Positions 12,006-49,004 of a stretch of DNA of 64,000 bases are shown in pieces (the stretch's first letter is position 1; each line of letters begins with the position of its first letter). Both the position numbers and the translations under genes were made by a program. The notes beneath the pieces are model-generated. The model was not told the origin of the DNA. It did not search any database and saw only the letters and a list, made by a program, of their open reading frames with translations. The stretch is from Macrostomum lignano (Eukaryota): contig NIVC01003952.1 of the NCBI GenBank assembly GCA_002269645.1, positions 1 through 64,000 of the forward strand. Direction: 5' to 3'.

Positions 12006-12677
12006 ATTGCTTGACTAGCTTCGAATTTCAGCATTCTCCTTTGACATCAAGGTGCTAATAAGGTTAAGGTCAATAAGCTTAGCAATGAGCTCAGTACCGT
12101 CCCCATTGACGTAGGCGCAGCATCATTAAAAATTTGTTTTAAAATAAAATTTCGCGTCACAGGCCCACACGCGCTTCTGACAGCTGACTCGCGCATTGCA
12201 TCACTCGCGCATTGCCCACCGAGCCCAAGCTTAAAGCAGATTAATAATAAACTCGCGTCCATAAACACGGGCAGGCCACTTGGTCGCTCCTTGTTGGTTC
12301 TTTTTATATTCGAGAAACTTTTTTTGCTTTGTTTCGTCTGACGTGTGACATGCAGCCCATGCGCCCCTGGCCTCCCATGAACCCCATTGCGTCACAGCTC
12401 TACGCAACTGTCTGGGCCTGTCTGTCTGCCTGTCCGCAAACGAAGACAATTTATTGCGATAGCAGGCTGGAGAAGAAAAACTGATACACGAACTGTTTGC
12501 AGCTCGGGGTGGGCAGGTTTTTTACTTTCGATTGACTATTGAAACATATATAGGTGTAGGTTTGGGTGAAACTTTAAGCTGCCTATACCCTATTTGTTCA
12601 TGACGGGCTCAGAAAACCCCGCAGTGACGGTGATTGATTTATTGCCCCAATTCATTGCTTATCTACCTGACGTGCCT

Positions 12678-13700
<1,023 letters not shown>

Positions 13701-15363
13701 CATATTTCTATCATCTCTTGATTCTAGCACTACCGAGAGTAGTATTATTAGCATCTTTGAACTATTTCCTGTCGTATCTAACAAAAGTTTGTTAGCCATT
13801 TAACTTACCCAGCAAAAGCTACAGATGATTTCCCAGCGGGATTGAGAAGCTCCGAAATTTCTCGCACACAGTTAGAATAGAATCTGTTAGACATTTATCA
13901 TTTCCCAGTGATTAAGATTTTGAATGAAGGAAGTTCCGTTGAGGCTGCGGCAGTGGATACTCGTATAAACTTTCGAAGTGCAGCCTCATCCAAGTACAGT
14001 CATGGTCGATACTTGTGGGCAAAAATCAGAAGCAGCCCGTATATAGTACAAGCTGTACATGAATTCTCGGATATCAGACCAGGCAGGAAGAAGGAAGGAA
14101 AGCAAAATTTTACATGTTGGGGGAAAAATATCCCAATCTGTTGCTACACGCTCCGATTACTTTGGTACAGACAAACATCCGCTCACGGATCGATTCGGTT
14201 GAGAGAGAAGCAAACTGCATGAAAAAAAGATGGAAAATTTTGCATCTCGATTTCCGATATATGAGGCACATGGGCTGCCACTCTACATGCACATGATATG
14301 CATTAAGCCCTTCTCGAGAGGCTTATCAATCTAAGCGTGACTGTCGGTTGAGTCTATTCATTTTTTATAGAAAATCTCTTGGGGCTTAAGTTTAAATCGC
14401 TAGATTTCTTCGACTGTAAATCTGTATGCAAAGATTAGAACCTATAAGTAGTATGAAGCGCGGCGCGTTATCTTAGGAATGTCTTCTATGAAATTACTTT
14501 TAATTTTTAGAGTTTGGGCTTTCCTTTAGATAAAAATGGAAATTCTTCTGTTAGTTTAGAGAAATTTGTTACATTTATATTATTTAGCGGCACATTTCAA
14601 TTCAACAAAAGATACTTCTCTCATATTTCCTCTTTCCGCTCTCCCCTCCTCTCTCCTTTCGTCTCTCCCCTCTCGTCTCTTTCCTCCCTTCTCCCCTCTC
14701 TCTCTCTCCTCCCCTCCCTCCTCTCTCTCGTCTCCCTCTCTCCACTCTCCTCTCTCCCCTCACCTCTCTCCTCTCTTCTCACGCCTCTCCCATTCGACCT
14801 TTCTAGGATGTCCATCCCCACCGAGTGAGCAGTTGCTCGCAGCCCAGCCAGTCGCACGGAGGACTCAGCAACAGCAGCGCATAAGTGAGAGGAGCAATCA
14901 AACCCTTCCTGGAGGCGCTCCGAGGCAATTGCTGAGCTAATTCTGGCTCTCTCTCTGAGCAGCCCCAGAGCTTCATTGCGCCAGCACGAGTAGCCCATAT
15001 AGTCAATAACTGACAGGGCTTGGATAGCTCATGGGACTGAGGGTTGGAGAGGGGAGGCCACAGTCGGATATTATTACAAACTGCCTAGCATAAACAGACA
15101 GCCCTCTAGGACTTCTGAGTCCCAGTTCTTTCCAATCCCCCAGCAACTTCCCCTAAACCCATCGAGAAGGGAGTTAATCAATTTCCACCCTCTTGTTGTT
15201 GCGAGAGGCGTGAGGACGGAGCGACTCAACTTGAGGGGAAAAATGTGCTCAAGCGCGCGCTGCATCGGGCGAAAGAGATGCAAGTGGCTAGAGTAGGGAA
15301 CGCTGCATCATCATAGCTTGAAAATTGTAAGTTGTCCAGCTCGACCCTCTGCTCAGTGAGTAG

Positions 15364-15720
15364 ATGCTTCCGGTCATGCAGAGGGGATAATTAATATCTG
15401 CTTCCGGTCATGCAGAGGGGATAATTAATATCTGCTTCCGGTCATGCAGAGGGGATAATTAATATCTGCTTCCGGTCATGCAGAGGGGATAATTAATATC
15501 TGCTTCCGGTCATGCAGAGGGGATAATTAATATCTGCTTCCGGTCATGCAGAGGGGATAATTAATATCTGCTTCCGGTCATGCAGTGGGGTAATTAATAT
15601 CTGCTTCCGGTCATGCAGTGGGGTAGTTAATATCTGCTTCCGGTCATGCAGAGGGGATAATTAATATCTGCTTCCGGTCATGCAGTGGGGTGGTCAGTAT
15701 CTGCTTCCGTTCATGCAGTG
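15364..15720. repeat. 34-bp minisatellite (ATCTGCTTCCGGTCATGCAGAGGGGATAATTAAT)n
   Basis: About 10 units; CTTCCGG recurs at 15367 and 15401. Confidence 0.95.
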
Positions 15721-16269
15721 GGATGAAATAGCTGCTGTAAGAGATGTTCACTATTCGAATTTCAGTTATATATGTGAGCCTCTGCCTCGAGTTCATTAGA
15801 GTATAGAATTTCCTGTAGAAACGTGACTCAAAAATCGCAAAAGTCCGATGTGACCCCATTGCCCCGTGAAGCTCTGCTCAGCTTGCAACTTTTCCGTCTT
15901 TCTGACAATTCAACTCATGGCGAGGTGGCCATCAAAGCGGATGAAATGACAACGCGGCGCGCATGACACTTCAGCGGATTAGCAGGATGTAGCCCAAGGA
16001 TTATATATTTCCGATAATTACCCTATCGCGAATTAGCTAATTGATGGGCGAAAGTAAGACTGGCTTCAAGACTGTGACGCACGGAGGAAAGGTCAACCAG
16101 TGAAATGGCAAATATAATTAATTATTCATTAATTAGTAGATTTGTCTTGCTTTGGACATTTGCTAGAAGTTATTAATTATTACAGCTATTGGTTATATAG
16201 AGGTGTGTCTGAATATTGAGATCTAGGATGGCTGTTTGATGATTAGAGTTGCTGTGTGAATATTCCGGT

Positions 16270-17503
16270 GTGAATGCATTGCAAGAAATGAGTGAATAAG
16301 GAACGGGAACTGTGTGACTGCATTGCGAGAAATAAGTGAATAAGGAAGGGGAACTGTGTGACTGCATTGCGAGAAATGAGTGAATAAGGAACGGGAACTG
16401 TGTGACTGCATTGCAAGAAATGAGTGAATAAGGAAGGGGAACTGTGTGACTGCATTGCGAGAAATGAGTGAATAAGGAAGGGGAACTGTGTGACTGCATT
16501 GCAAGAAATGAGTGAATAAGGAACGGGAACTGTGTGAATGCATTGCGAGAAATGAGTGAATAAGGAACGGGAACTGTGTGACTGCATTGCGAGAAATGAG
16601 TGAATAAGGAACGGGAACTGTGTGACTGCATTGCGAGAAATGAGTGAATAAGGAAGGGGAACTGTGTGAATGCATTGCGAGAAATGAGTGAATAAGGAAC
16701 GGGAACTGTGTGACTGCATTGCGAGAAATGAGTGAATAAGGAACGGGAACTGTGTGACTGCATTGCAAGAAATGAGTGAATAAGGAAGGGGAACTGTGTG
16801 ACTGCATTGCGAGAAATGAGTGAATAAGGAAGGGGAACTGTGTGACTGCATTGCAAGAAATGAGTGAATAAGGAAGGGGAACTGTGTGACTGCATTGCGA
16901 GAAATGAGTGAATAAGGAAAGGGAACTGTGTGACTGCATTGCAAGAAATGAGTGAATAAGGAACGGGAACTGTGTGAATGCATTGCGAGAAATGAGTGAA
17001 TAAGGAACGGGAACTGTGTGACTGCATTGCGAGAAATGAGTGAATAAGGAACGGGAACTGTGTGAATGCATTGCGAGAAATGAGTGAATAAGGAAGGGGA
17101 ACTGTGTGAATGCATTGCGAGAAATGAGTGAATAAGGAACGGGAACTGTGTGACTGCATTGCGAGAAATGAGTGAATAAGGAACGGGAACTGTGTGACTG
17201 CATTGCAAGAAATGAGTGAATAAGGAAGGGGAACTGTGTGACTGCATTGCGAGAAATGAGTGAATAAGGAAGGGGAACTGTGTGACTGCATTGCAAGAAA
17301 TGAGTGAATAAGGAACGGGAACTGTGTGAATGCATTGCGAGAAATGAGTGAATAAGGAAGGGGAACTGTGTGAATGCCTTGCGAGAAATGAGTGAATAAG
17401 GAAGGGGAACTGTGTGACTGCATTGCGAGAAATGAGTGAATAAGGAAGGGGAACTGTGTGACTGCATTGCGAGAAATGAGTGAATAAGGAAGGGGAACTG
17501 TGT
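16270..17503. repeat. 44-bp minisatellite (GGGAACTGTGTGACTGCATTGCGAGAAATGAGTGAATAAGGAA[C/G])n
   Basis: About 28 units; produces spurious ORFs in all three minus frames. Confidence 0.97.
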
Positions 17504-17889
17504 AGTCGATATGAAAGCATTTGTAAAAACCAGCTGTTCTAAAAGAACTTGTCTAACAAGAAAAAAGAAACCAATTACGCATTCAACTTTGAATTGGCGC
17601 CATTAGTTTTCATGGCAACGAGGGTAGGGAGAGCCTTGAAGTGGGGCTTGAGGCAGAGGCAGCAGTGGCCAAGCAGCATTGTTCTATTTTAGCTGGCAGC
17701 AAAATAAAGCTTCGATTTTCTATTTTCAAGAGCTTGGAAGACTGGCAGATGTGAGATGCTGCAATGAAAACAGTGCACTGAGCAGAACTGAGAACTTCTA
17801 GCAGCAATGCAGCTGAAAAAGCCCCGCTAATGCTTTATTCATCGTGAAATACTATATAGAAGTATACATGGAGTAGAAGATGGTTTCCC

Positions 17890-18270
17890 CAAGCCAGATT
17901 CTATGTCTAGAACTCCATAGACTAAATTAAGCATTGACAGTTTCCCCAGCCAGATTTTATGCCTAGAACTCCATAGTTTAGGCTTGAGCACTAACAGCTC
18001 CGTCAACCAGATTTTATGCCTAGAACTCCATAGTTTAGGCTTGAGCACTAACAGCTCCCTCAACCAGATTCTATGTCTAGAACTCCATGGTTTAGGCTTG
18101 AGCACAACAGCTCCCTCAACCAGATTCTATGTCTAGAACTCCATGGTTTAGGCTTGAGCACTAACAGCTCCCTCAACCAGATTCTATGTCTAGAACTCCA
18201 TGGTTTAGGCTTGAGCACTAACAGCTCCCTCAACCAGATTCTATGTCTAGAACTCCATGGTTTAGGCTTG
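17890..18270. repeat. 57-bp minisatellite
   Basis: Unit CCAGATTCTATGTCTAGAACTCCATGGTTTAGGCTTGAGCACTAACAGCTCCCTCAA, about 6.5 copies. Confidence 0.9.
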
Positions 18271-18657
18271 ATTCTGTCAAGAAATTCACGGTAAAGCATT
18301 CTAAGTTTTTCTCTTGCTTTTTTCTGAGGTTGAAGCCGGTGCAGGAGGCAGAGAGGTAAAAAGAAAAAAGACAATAGACTCAATTTTCAGGCAAGAGAGG
18401 ATTTCTGTCGCGTGCCTTTGCTTGGGGATTCTGGAGCTTAATTGGTGCCTCATTTGCTATTCCGAAGACGCGCGGGCCCAGTTTCTCAATCCCAATCTAA
18501 TTATAAAAAGTTGGCGCGCTGTTTTCTCTGCAGTTAATGGAAAAGTGCAAACGCAAGGGACAAAGGAAGGGGACAAGGGAGATTGGGAGAGGGAGAAGTA
18601 GACAGCTGAATTCCAACGGATGGCGTGCGCTGCTCCTCCATGGCAAAGACTGCAAAT

Positions 18658-18713
18658 GAACAATGTAGGTAAGGGAAGTCGGCAAAATGGATCCGTAACT
18701 TCGGGAAAAGGAT
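18658..18713 (+). pseudogene. 56-nt fragment of 28S (LSU) rRNA
   Basis: GAACAATGTAGGTAAGGGAAGTCGGCAAAATGGATCCGTAACTTCGGGAAAAGGAT matches a highly conserved eukaryotic LSU core segment; the flanks are not rRNA. Confidence 0.85.
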
Positions 18714-18947
18714 ACTTAAAGAGAAGTCAAGAAAATGCAGTTGTAATATGCTCAACAATTGATTAGTTTTATTTACTCAAACGGCGGACCCGACGGTCGT
18801 GCCCTGCGTTTAGATGCTCGCTTGGGTGATTGCAAGGGATTTTATCAACTGGGGGGGGGAGGAGGCTGAAGCTGTAAAATATGCCGCTTGGATTGCATCG
18901 CGCTGCTGCGGAGGTTGAAGTAAAAAATATAGATGGTAAACGCCAGT

Positions 18948-19180
18948 CTGTCCACCTGTCTGTCTACCTGTCTGTCTACCTGTCTGTCTACCTATCCGTA
19001 TACCTGTCCGTCTACCTGTCCGTCTAACCGTCCGTCTACCTGTCCGTCTACCTGTCCGTCTACCTGTCTGTCTACCTGTCCGTCTACCTGTCTGTCTACC
19101 TGTCCGTCTACCTGTCTGTCTACCTGTCCGTCTACCTGTCTGTCTACCTGTCCGTCTACCTGTCTGTCTACCTGTCCGTC
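18948..19180. repeat. 12-bp repeat (CTACCTGTC[C/T]GT)n
   Basis: Direct tandem array. Confidence 0.9.
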
Positions 19181-19284
19181 TAGCTATTTATAGTCAAGGG
19201 GCAGAGTTTCAGTAAAGCGCGATCAATGTGTTCCGTCAGTTATTAATGTTTGTCCGCCAGAGCATCGGTAATTTCTACTGTTTC

Positions 19285-19661
19285 TCAATTGCTGGCCTTC
19301 TTCTTCTTTTTCTTGTCTTCGTCCTTGCCGTGACTGTCTTCGTCGTGATGGCGGCCGTGATGCTTCGCCGACTTCTTGCCTCGGGCGGCCCGGCGATAGT
19401 AGCGGCTGTAGTAGTCGCCAAGCAGGTCGTCAATGCCCTGATAGTTGCAGTCGGAGTCGCAGGAGGCTACAAGGCTGCCTCGGAATCCAACTGGACGGCG
19501 GTTGCAGCACTGGCCGGCCGGACAGTCCGAGTCCTGGGTGCAGCTGCGGGACAGGAAGCTGGGCTGGGCCGGCAGCTCGTAGCTCGAACTGGATGACGAG
19601 GCGGCGGAGACGGGCGGCGACGAATCGCCGTGACCGCGTCGGCGACAGAAGCCGCCCATGC
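19285..19661 (-). CDS. Secreted cystine-knot precursor, exon 3 (terminal)
   Basis: Acceptor cag|GC ATG in phase 1; encodes the last Cys of domain 1, RRR, a second 6-Cys domain, RRAARGKK and a His/Asp/Lys-rich tail; TGA at 19285. Confidence 0.85.
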
Positions 19662-19685
19662 CTGATGCGCATGAAAAAGAGGTAG

Positions 19686-20700
19686 ATGTGTGAATCGGGT
19701 TGGAGGTGTGTGAATCCGGTAGGATATGTGTGAATCGGGTAGGTGTGTGAATTGGGTAGGAGATGTTGTGAATTGGAAAGCTGTAGGAATCGGGAAGGTG
19801 TCTGTGTGTGTGTGTGTGTGTGTGAATCGGGTAGGAGATGTTGTGAATTTGGAAGGAGATGTGTGAGTCGGGAAGGAGATGTGAATCGGGAAGAAAAAGT
19901 GTGAATCAGGAAGCAGATGTGTGAATCGGATAGGTGTGTGAATCGGGAAGGAGATGTGAATCGGGAAGGAAGATGTGAATCGTATAGTTGCGTGAATCAG
20001 GTAGGTGCGTGAATCGGGAAGGAGATGTTTGGATTTGGAAGATGTGAATCGGGAAGATGTGAATTGGGAAGGAGATGTGTGAATCGGGAAGGAGATGTGA
20101 ATCGGGTAGGAGATGTGAATCGGGAAGGAGATGTGAATCGGGAAGGAGATGTGTGAATCGGGAATGAGATGTGTGAATCGGGAAGGAGATGTGTGAATTC
20201 AGTAAGTGTGTGAATTTGGTAGGTGTGTGAATCGGGAAGGAGATGTTTGAATTTGGAGGATGTGTGTTTCGGCTAGGTGTGTGAATTGGGTAATGTGTGA
20301 ATCAGGATGGAGATGTGAATCGGGAAGATGTGTGAATTGGGTGGGTGTGTGAATCGGGAAGGAGATGTGAATCGGGAAGGAGATGTGAATCGGGAAGGAG
20401 ATGTGTGAGTCGGGAAGGAGATGTGAGTCGGGAAGGAGATGTGTGAGTCGGGAAGGAGATGTGTGAATTCAGTAAGTGTGTGAATTTGGTAGGTGTGTGA
20501 ATCGGGAAGGAGATGTTTGAATTTGGAGGATGTGTGTTTCGGGTAGGTGTGTGAATCGGATATGTGTGTTTCGGCTAGGTGTGTGAATTGGGTAATGTGT
20601 GAATCAGGATGGAGATGTGAATCGGGAAGATGTGTGAATTGGGTGGGTGTGTGAATCGGGAAGGAGATGTGTGAGTCGGGAAGGAGATGTTTGAATTTGC
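19686..20700. repeat. ~20-bp degenerate minisatellite (GTGAATCGGGAAGGAGATGT)n in intron 2 of the cystine-knot gene
   Basis: Begins ~25 nt from the exon 3 acceptor. Confidence 0.9.
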
Positions 20701-21289
20701 ATGGGTACGAGCTCGTAGGTGTATGAATCGATTAGATTCGATCAAGTTCGAAATGCACTGCTAGGCTGGCTGATCAGCAGTGATGGTTGAATTTGCTCAT
20801 TTGCTCATAGCTCAGACATTTAACTAGCAAATCCGACCCCAGCTAGAACTCGACAAGTTCCCCCGTCAATCAGAAGTCTGCGAACTGCGAAAAAATATAT
20901 AGGAGAGGATGGAGAGGGTGCAGTGAGGGGAAGGGAAGGAGGAATCCCAATTGGGAATAGGCAATTGGGGAATATAACAGCACTCGCGGTGTCGTCTCTC
21001 TCCGTTCGCCAGAGTGGGTGGGGGCACCGCAGCGCCTGCGACCGAATTCAATTACCTCGAATTACCCGGAATGAGAGTCCGATGGCCAGAGTGGGAAGTG
21101 TCCCCTAGGGCGGGCTGCTTAAGCTGGGCTACTTGTTCTCGTGCGGTCAGCTGGCTCTGCACTATTTATGTATGCACGTATAGCCCCAGTATAAGAGTAT
21201 AGAGCCGCTCCACCAGAGAGCAGAAACTCGAATTTCTGCAGCCAAGGGAGACTCAATTGGCGGGCGAATAAGTAGGGGTTGGAGGGTTG

Positions 21290-21843
21290 GGGTATTCCCT
21301 ACTGATGAGTGTTTGAAGGGCTGGGGTATTCCCTACTTAGAGTTTGGAGGGCTGGGGTATTCCCTAGTGAGTGCTCGGAGTGCTAGGGTATTCCCTACTG
21401 AGTGTATGGAGGGCTGAGGTATTCCCTACTGAGTGTATGGAGGGCTGAGGTATTCCCTACTGAGTGTATGGAGGGCTGAGGTATTCCCTACTGAGTGTAT
21501 GGAGGGCTGGGGTATTCCCTACTGAGTGTATGGAGGGCTGAGGTATTCCCTACTGAGTGTATGGAGGGCTGAGGTATTCCCTAATGAGTGTATGGAGGGC
21601 TGGGGTATTCCTAGTGAGGGTGTTGGGAGGGCTGAGGTATTCCCTATTGAGTGTATGGAGGGCTGGGGTATTCCCTACTGAGTGTATGGAGGGCTGGGGT
21701 ATTCCTAGTGAGGGTGCTTGGAGGGCTGGGGTATTCCTAGTGAGGGTGCTTGGAGGGCTGGGGTATTCCTAGTGAGGGTGCTTGGAGGGCTGGGGTATAA
21801 TTATATTCCTAGTGAGGGTGCTTGGAGGGCTGAGGTATTCCCT
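21290..21843. repeat. 31-bp minisatellite (GGTATTCCCTACTGAGTGTATGGAGGGCTGA)n
   Basis: ATTCCC recurs at 21390 and 21421; ends ~20 nt from the exon 2 donor. Confidence 0.9.
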
Positions 21844-21866
21844 ACGGATAGAATAATCGAACCGAC

Positions 21867-21951
21867 CTTGCAGGTTGCTGTTGCCAACGGCGCACTGCAG
21901 TCCCTCGCAGCAGCCGCTGTCGCTCACGCAGTACGAGCCCTCGGCTTCGCA
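21867..21951 (-). CDS. Secreted cystine-knot precursor, exon 2 (CEAEGSYCVSDSGCCEGLQCAVGNSNLQ)
   Basis: cttgcag| acceptor and G|gtcggt donor; 85 nt, phase 0 to 1, matching both neighbours. Confidence 0.85.
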
Positions 21952-22055
21952 CTGCAAGATTATAAAACGCAAATTTTTTGAGAAATCAGCCCCGTATTTA
22001 CCAGAGTTCATGGTATGAAAACAGTCAAAATCTGTCATGAATAATGCAGGTTCAC

Positions 22056-22145
22056 CTGGACGTAGAAGTCAGAGTTGCCATTGAGTCGAACGAAAGCTTG
22101 GGCAGAGCCAGCGACCAGCAGGACGATGGCCAGAACAGCCGACAT
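22056..22145 (-). CDS. Secreted cystine-knot precursor, exon 1 (signal peptide MSAVLAIVLLVAGSAQA-FVRLNGNSDFYVQ)
   Basis: ATG at 22145, hydrophobic core with an A-x-A cleavage motif, CAG|gtgaac donor; 90 nt. Confidence 0.85.
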
Positions 22146-22404
22146 AGCTAGCTAAACTTTTAGCTTGAGATTCTATGCGCGGGTTTGAGAGATTTGGCGA
22201 AGAAGCAGTCCCGGTTGCTGGGACAATTCCGTCTGTTTTGTAGCTACTCAAGCTCAAGACAGCCAATGGGGCCATTGAGGCGCGGATGAAGGTAGCTGGG
22301 GGAGGCCCTGTCATTGGACCAAGCAGGCGGACACGGATCCTCTTTTATCAAGGAGTACGGTATGGGAAGTCATTGCCTGTCTTTGAGTATCTCTTTAGTG
22401 TCTG

Positions 22405-22415
22405 GCTGTCTGTCC

Positions 22416-22463
<48 letters not shown>

Positions 22464-22505
22464 GCCTGTCTGTCTGTCTGCCTGTCTGTCTGTCTGTGTC
22501 TGTCC

Positions 22506-22580
<75 letters not shown>
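22405..22580. repeat. (GTCT)n microsatellite
   Basis: Direct tandem array. Confidence 0.95.
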
Positions 22581-23810
22581 GAAGTTTGTCTTAGTGTCTA
22601 TCTGTTTACAATAAATCTGACTGCCTTATCTGTCTCAGATTATGTCTGCCTGTGTCTGTCCACTTCGCGATAGACAGGAAACCAAGCATTTCACCCTAAG
22701 AGGAAGGCTATGCTGAGTGGCAGCAGTGGGGAGGCGGCGGCCCAGCTGCAAATCAAAGAGAAAGTGAAAATAAAAAGTCAATTAACAATCAATCAATCCT
22801 CTTATAGCTGATAGGCCAACAAGTCGAGCAAGACTCAGTGCCTGTTCGAGAGAATAAAAGCAATATTAATGTATTAGTGAAGCATAGCAACCAATATCAT
22901 GATCTAATAAAAAATTATCATTTATAAATATTACATCAATAAACATAACATAAGCAGAACGATTGCACGGGCACCAATAGAACAGATAAATTCACAATCA
23001 AATGGGCCACTATCTATCCGTTTACTGCATGCTTAAGGCGATTGACTAAAATGACACAATAAAACGCGTATTAAGCAAAGCATGCAATAAATAATTAATT
23101 AGATGTAAAATATTTGTCCCAGAATTGTAAAATAAGCAATTACAAAGCTTGCTACACAGAAGATAGAATTTTACAATGTACATGCAATTCATTGATAAAA
23201 TTTGTTGCCCAAAGTACATTTAAAAATAAACTTTTTAAGCCGGACAGTAAAAGTAGTATATCAGTAGCATATATTCTACACAAGAAGATTATAATAGAAA
23301 TAATTTAAGCATGCAATTCGAATACTGATCGAGCGACTTCAGCGAATGAAGCGCGGTGTTGTTTGTTTAAAAGCACGAATTGAAACAAAGTAAAAAATTC
23401 CGAAATTTTGTTATAAACACGTAAGAGAAATAAAAAACCTGTACTGGGTAGTCTGTCGTTTGTTCTTTGTGTCAGCATCAACAATAGCATTCATCTCTAC
23501 GCTAAATAAAATACAATTAGAGAAAGCACAACGTCAAATCAAGGTTTCTTATTTATAATAATAACGAATGAATAAAATTGCCCACTGAAATAAAAATTTT
23601 ACTACTTTTTCCAACACAATACTACTCGCCAGTGACGTCAAAAGTAGAATAAACGAATTTCTGCGTTACTTTTGATGAAGCGCAAATTAAATTAAACTTC
23701 TTAGTAAGTTAAATCAATATTTATACTACTCGCTAATAACGTCAGTAGTAGAATAAATAGACTAATTTGCTATTTCAATCGGATCGGAAAAATCGGAAAA
23801 ATAATAAAAT

Positions 23811-47491
<23,681 letters not shown>

Positions 47492-49004
47492 GGTCTGATT
47501 TAAACACTTTCCACTAGGTGTGTTGACGAAATCAGAAAATGAGATCTTTAGTACAGTGCCACCAACAGCACTAGTTAAAGCGAGTACTGCTTGTAACTCG
47601 AACTTCCGAGTATAGAACAGACAGTTTCCTGAACAGTCACTGAAGTTGATATTATTTAAAGCATTAAATCATTAAAAATATTTACAGGTCTCCAATTAGA
47701 TAAAATAAAGCAAATGCTGTAAAATTATTATTCATTAGTACATGTTTAAATTATATACTTACATATATTAGTGTAAGTTTTATCTGCTTAACTAAAAACA
47801 ACAAAAACTATATGTCATAAAACAATGATACTCATTGCAGATGAGTCCATAAACTATTGGGGATTCCTCTCAAATATGACCTCAAGTTTGGGACTTGGTC
47901 AAGCCTAGACTAAGCTAGATTCTTCTTTTTTCCACCTTGCCATCTTTTAGTTAATTGATAGATAAAATGACTTTTTAAAAAAAGTCAAAGAATTTATTAG
48001 GACGATATTAGATTTTGAATGCTACAGTAATAATTCATGGATTTTTTGCATTTGTTGTAAGTGTTATATGAGTTTTTAACTCTTGGGGTTAGCTATATAC
48101 AAGCTATCTCTAGTATAGTGCATAGGCATATAGTAGTAACCAAATAATTTTTAATGTTTTTTGCATTTATCTATGACTTATATCATCTTGCAAATTTTTA
48201 GTCATAGTTTCAATATTATTTATTAGAGATGGAACAAATATCAGATTTTACCAAATCTGAATACCAAATATTTATATATAAACTTTCTGAATAATGAATA
48301 CCAAATACTGAATATCAAATACTGAAAACCAAATACCAAAGACTGAATATTTATAGGCATAAACTTCGAATGAATTGACATTTTTATCCCATTTAAAAAG
48401 CAAAACAACTGTTGGATTTTTTCAACTTATGACGCAAGTTGCACCAAATTCAAATATTACAGTCAGCCTCTATACCAGTTTTTCCCACTATTTCTAGGAC
48501 AACCCTTGTACTTTAAAATTGGACTGTATGTTAGACTGATAAACATAAAGAATATATTGCTTTTTAATGCTATGTCAATTTTTTATATCTATAGCCATTT
48601 TTTGTATCTAACAATATATTTTCATACTTATGATAAGGCATCAAAAAATCTTTGCTGATCATAAATAGTAACTTTATTCAATGTGACTATATTGTATAGT
48701 ACTTTCCCTGTTATAATAAATACCAATGCAAAGGTCATTATTATTATAGATTAAATATATTTATAATTCTAAAGAATAATGACACTTACTTAGTCTTGAA
48801 TTTAATTTCAATATGACTAAAAGCTATTAGTTTTACTAATACTATTACATTGCATTTGAAAATTTCTATTAATATTCTTAACTTGATAATATTATAGCTA
48901 TAAATAGGCCTACCTATTGAATAGGCCTAATATCTATGTTTAATATGATGTTTTAGTTATTTAATTATATTTATAGATTATAAATTTATATATATATATA
49001 TATA

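Noticed and set aside
14514-15006. Overlapping ORFs around a CT-rich tract
   Set aside because: Low-complexity driven; a possible acceptor near 14805 could not be linked to any other exon.
16173-17520. Three ~420-aa minus-strand ORFs
   Set aside because: All frames are open because of the 44-bp repeat; no unique coding sequence.
17610-18383. Possible exons with 19-aa repeats (KPKPWSSRHRIWLRELLVL) after an acceptor-like site at 18323
   Set aside because: The unit is a multiple of 3, but indels between units break the frame at least twice and nothing is recognisable; treated as a minisatellite.
48224-48370. TAGAGATGG plus GAATACCAAATA subrepeats resembling a hAT left end
   Set aside because: No matching right TIR or TSD found; at most a truncated remnant.
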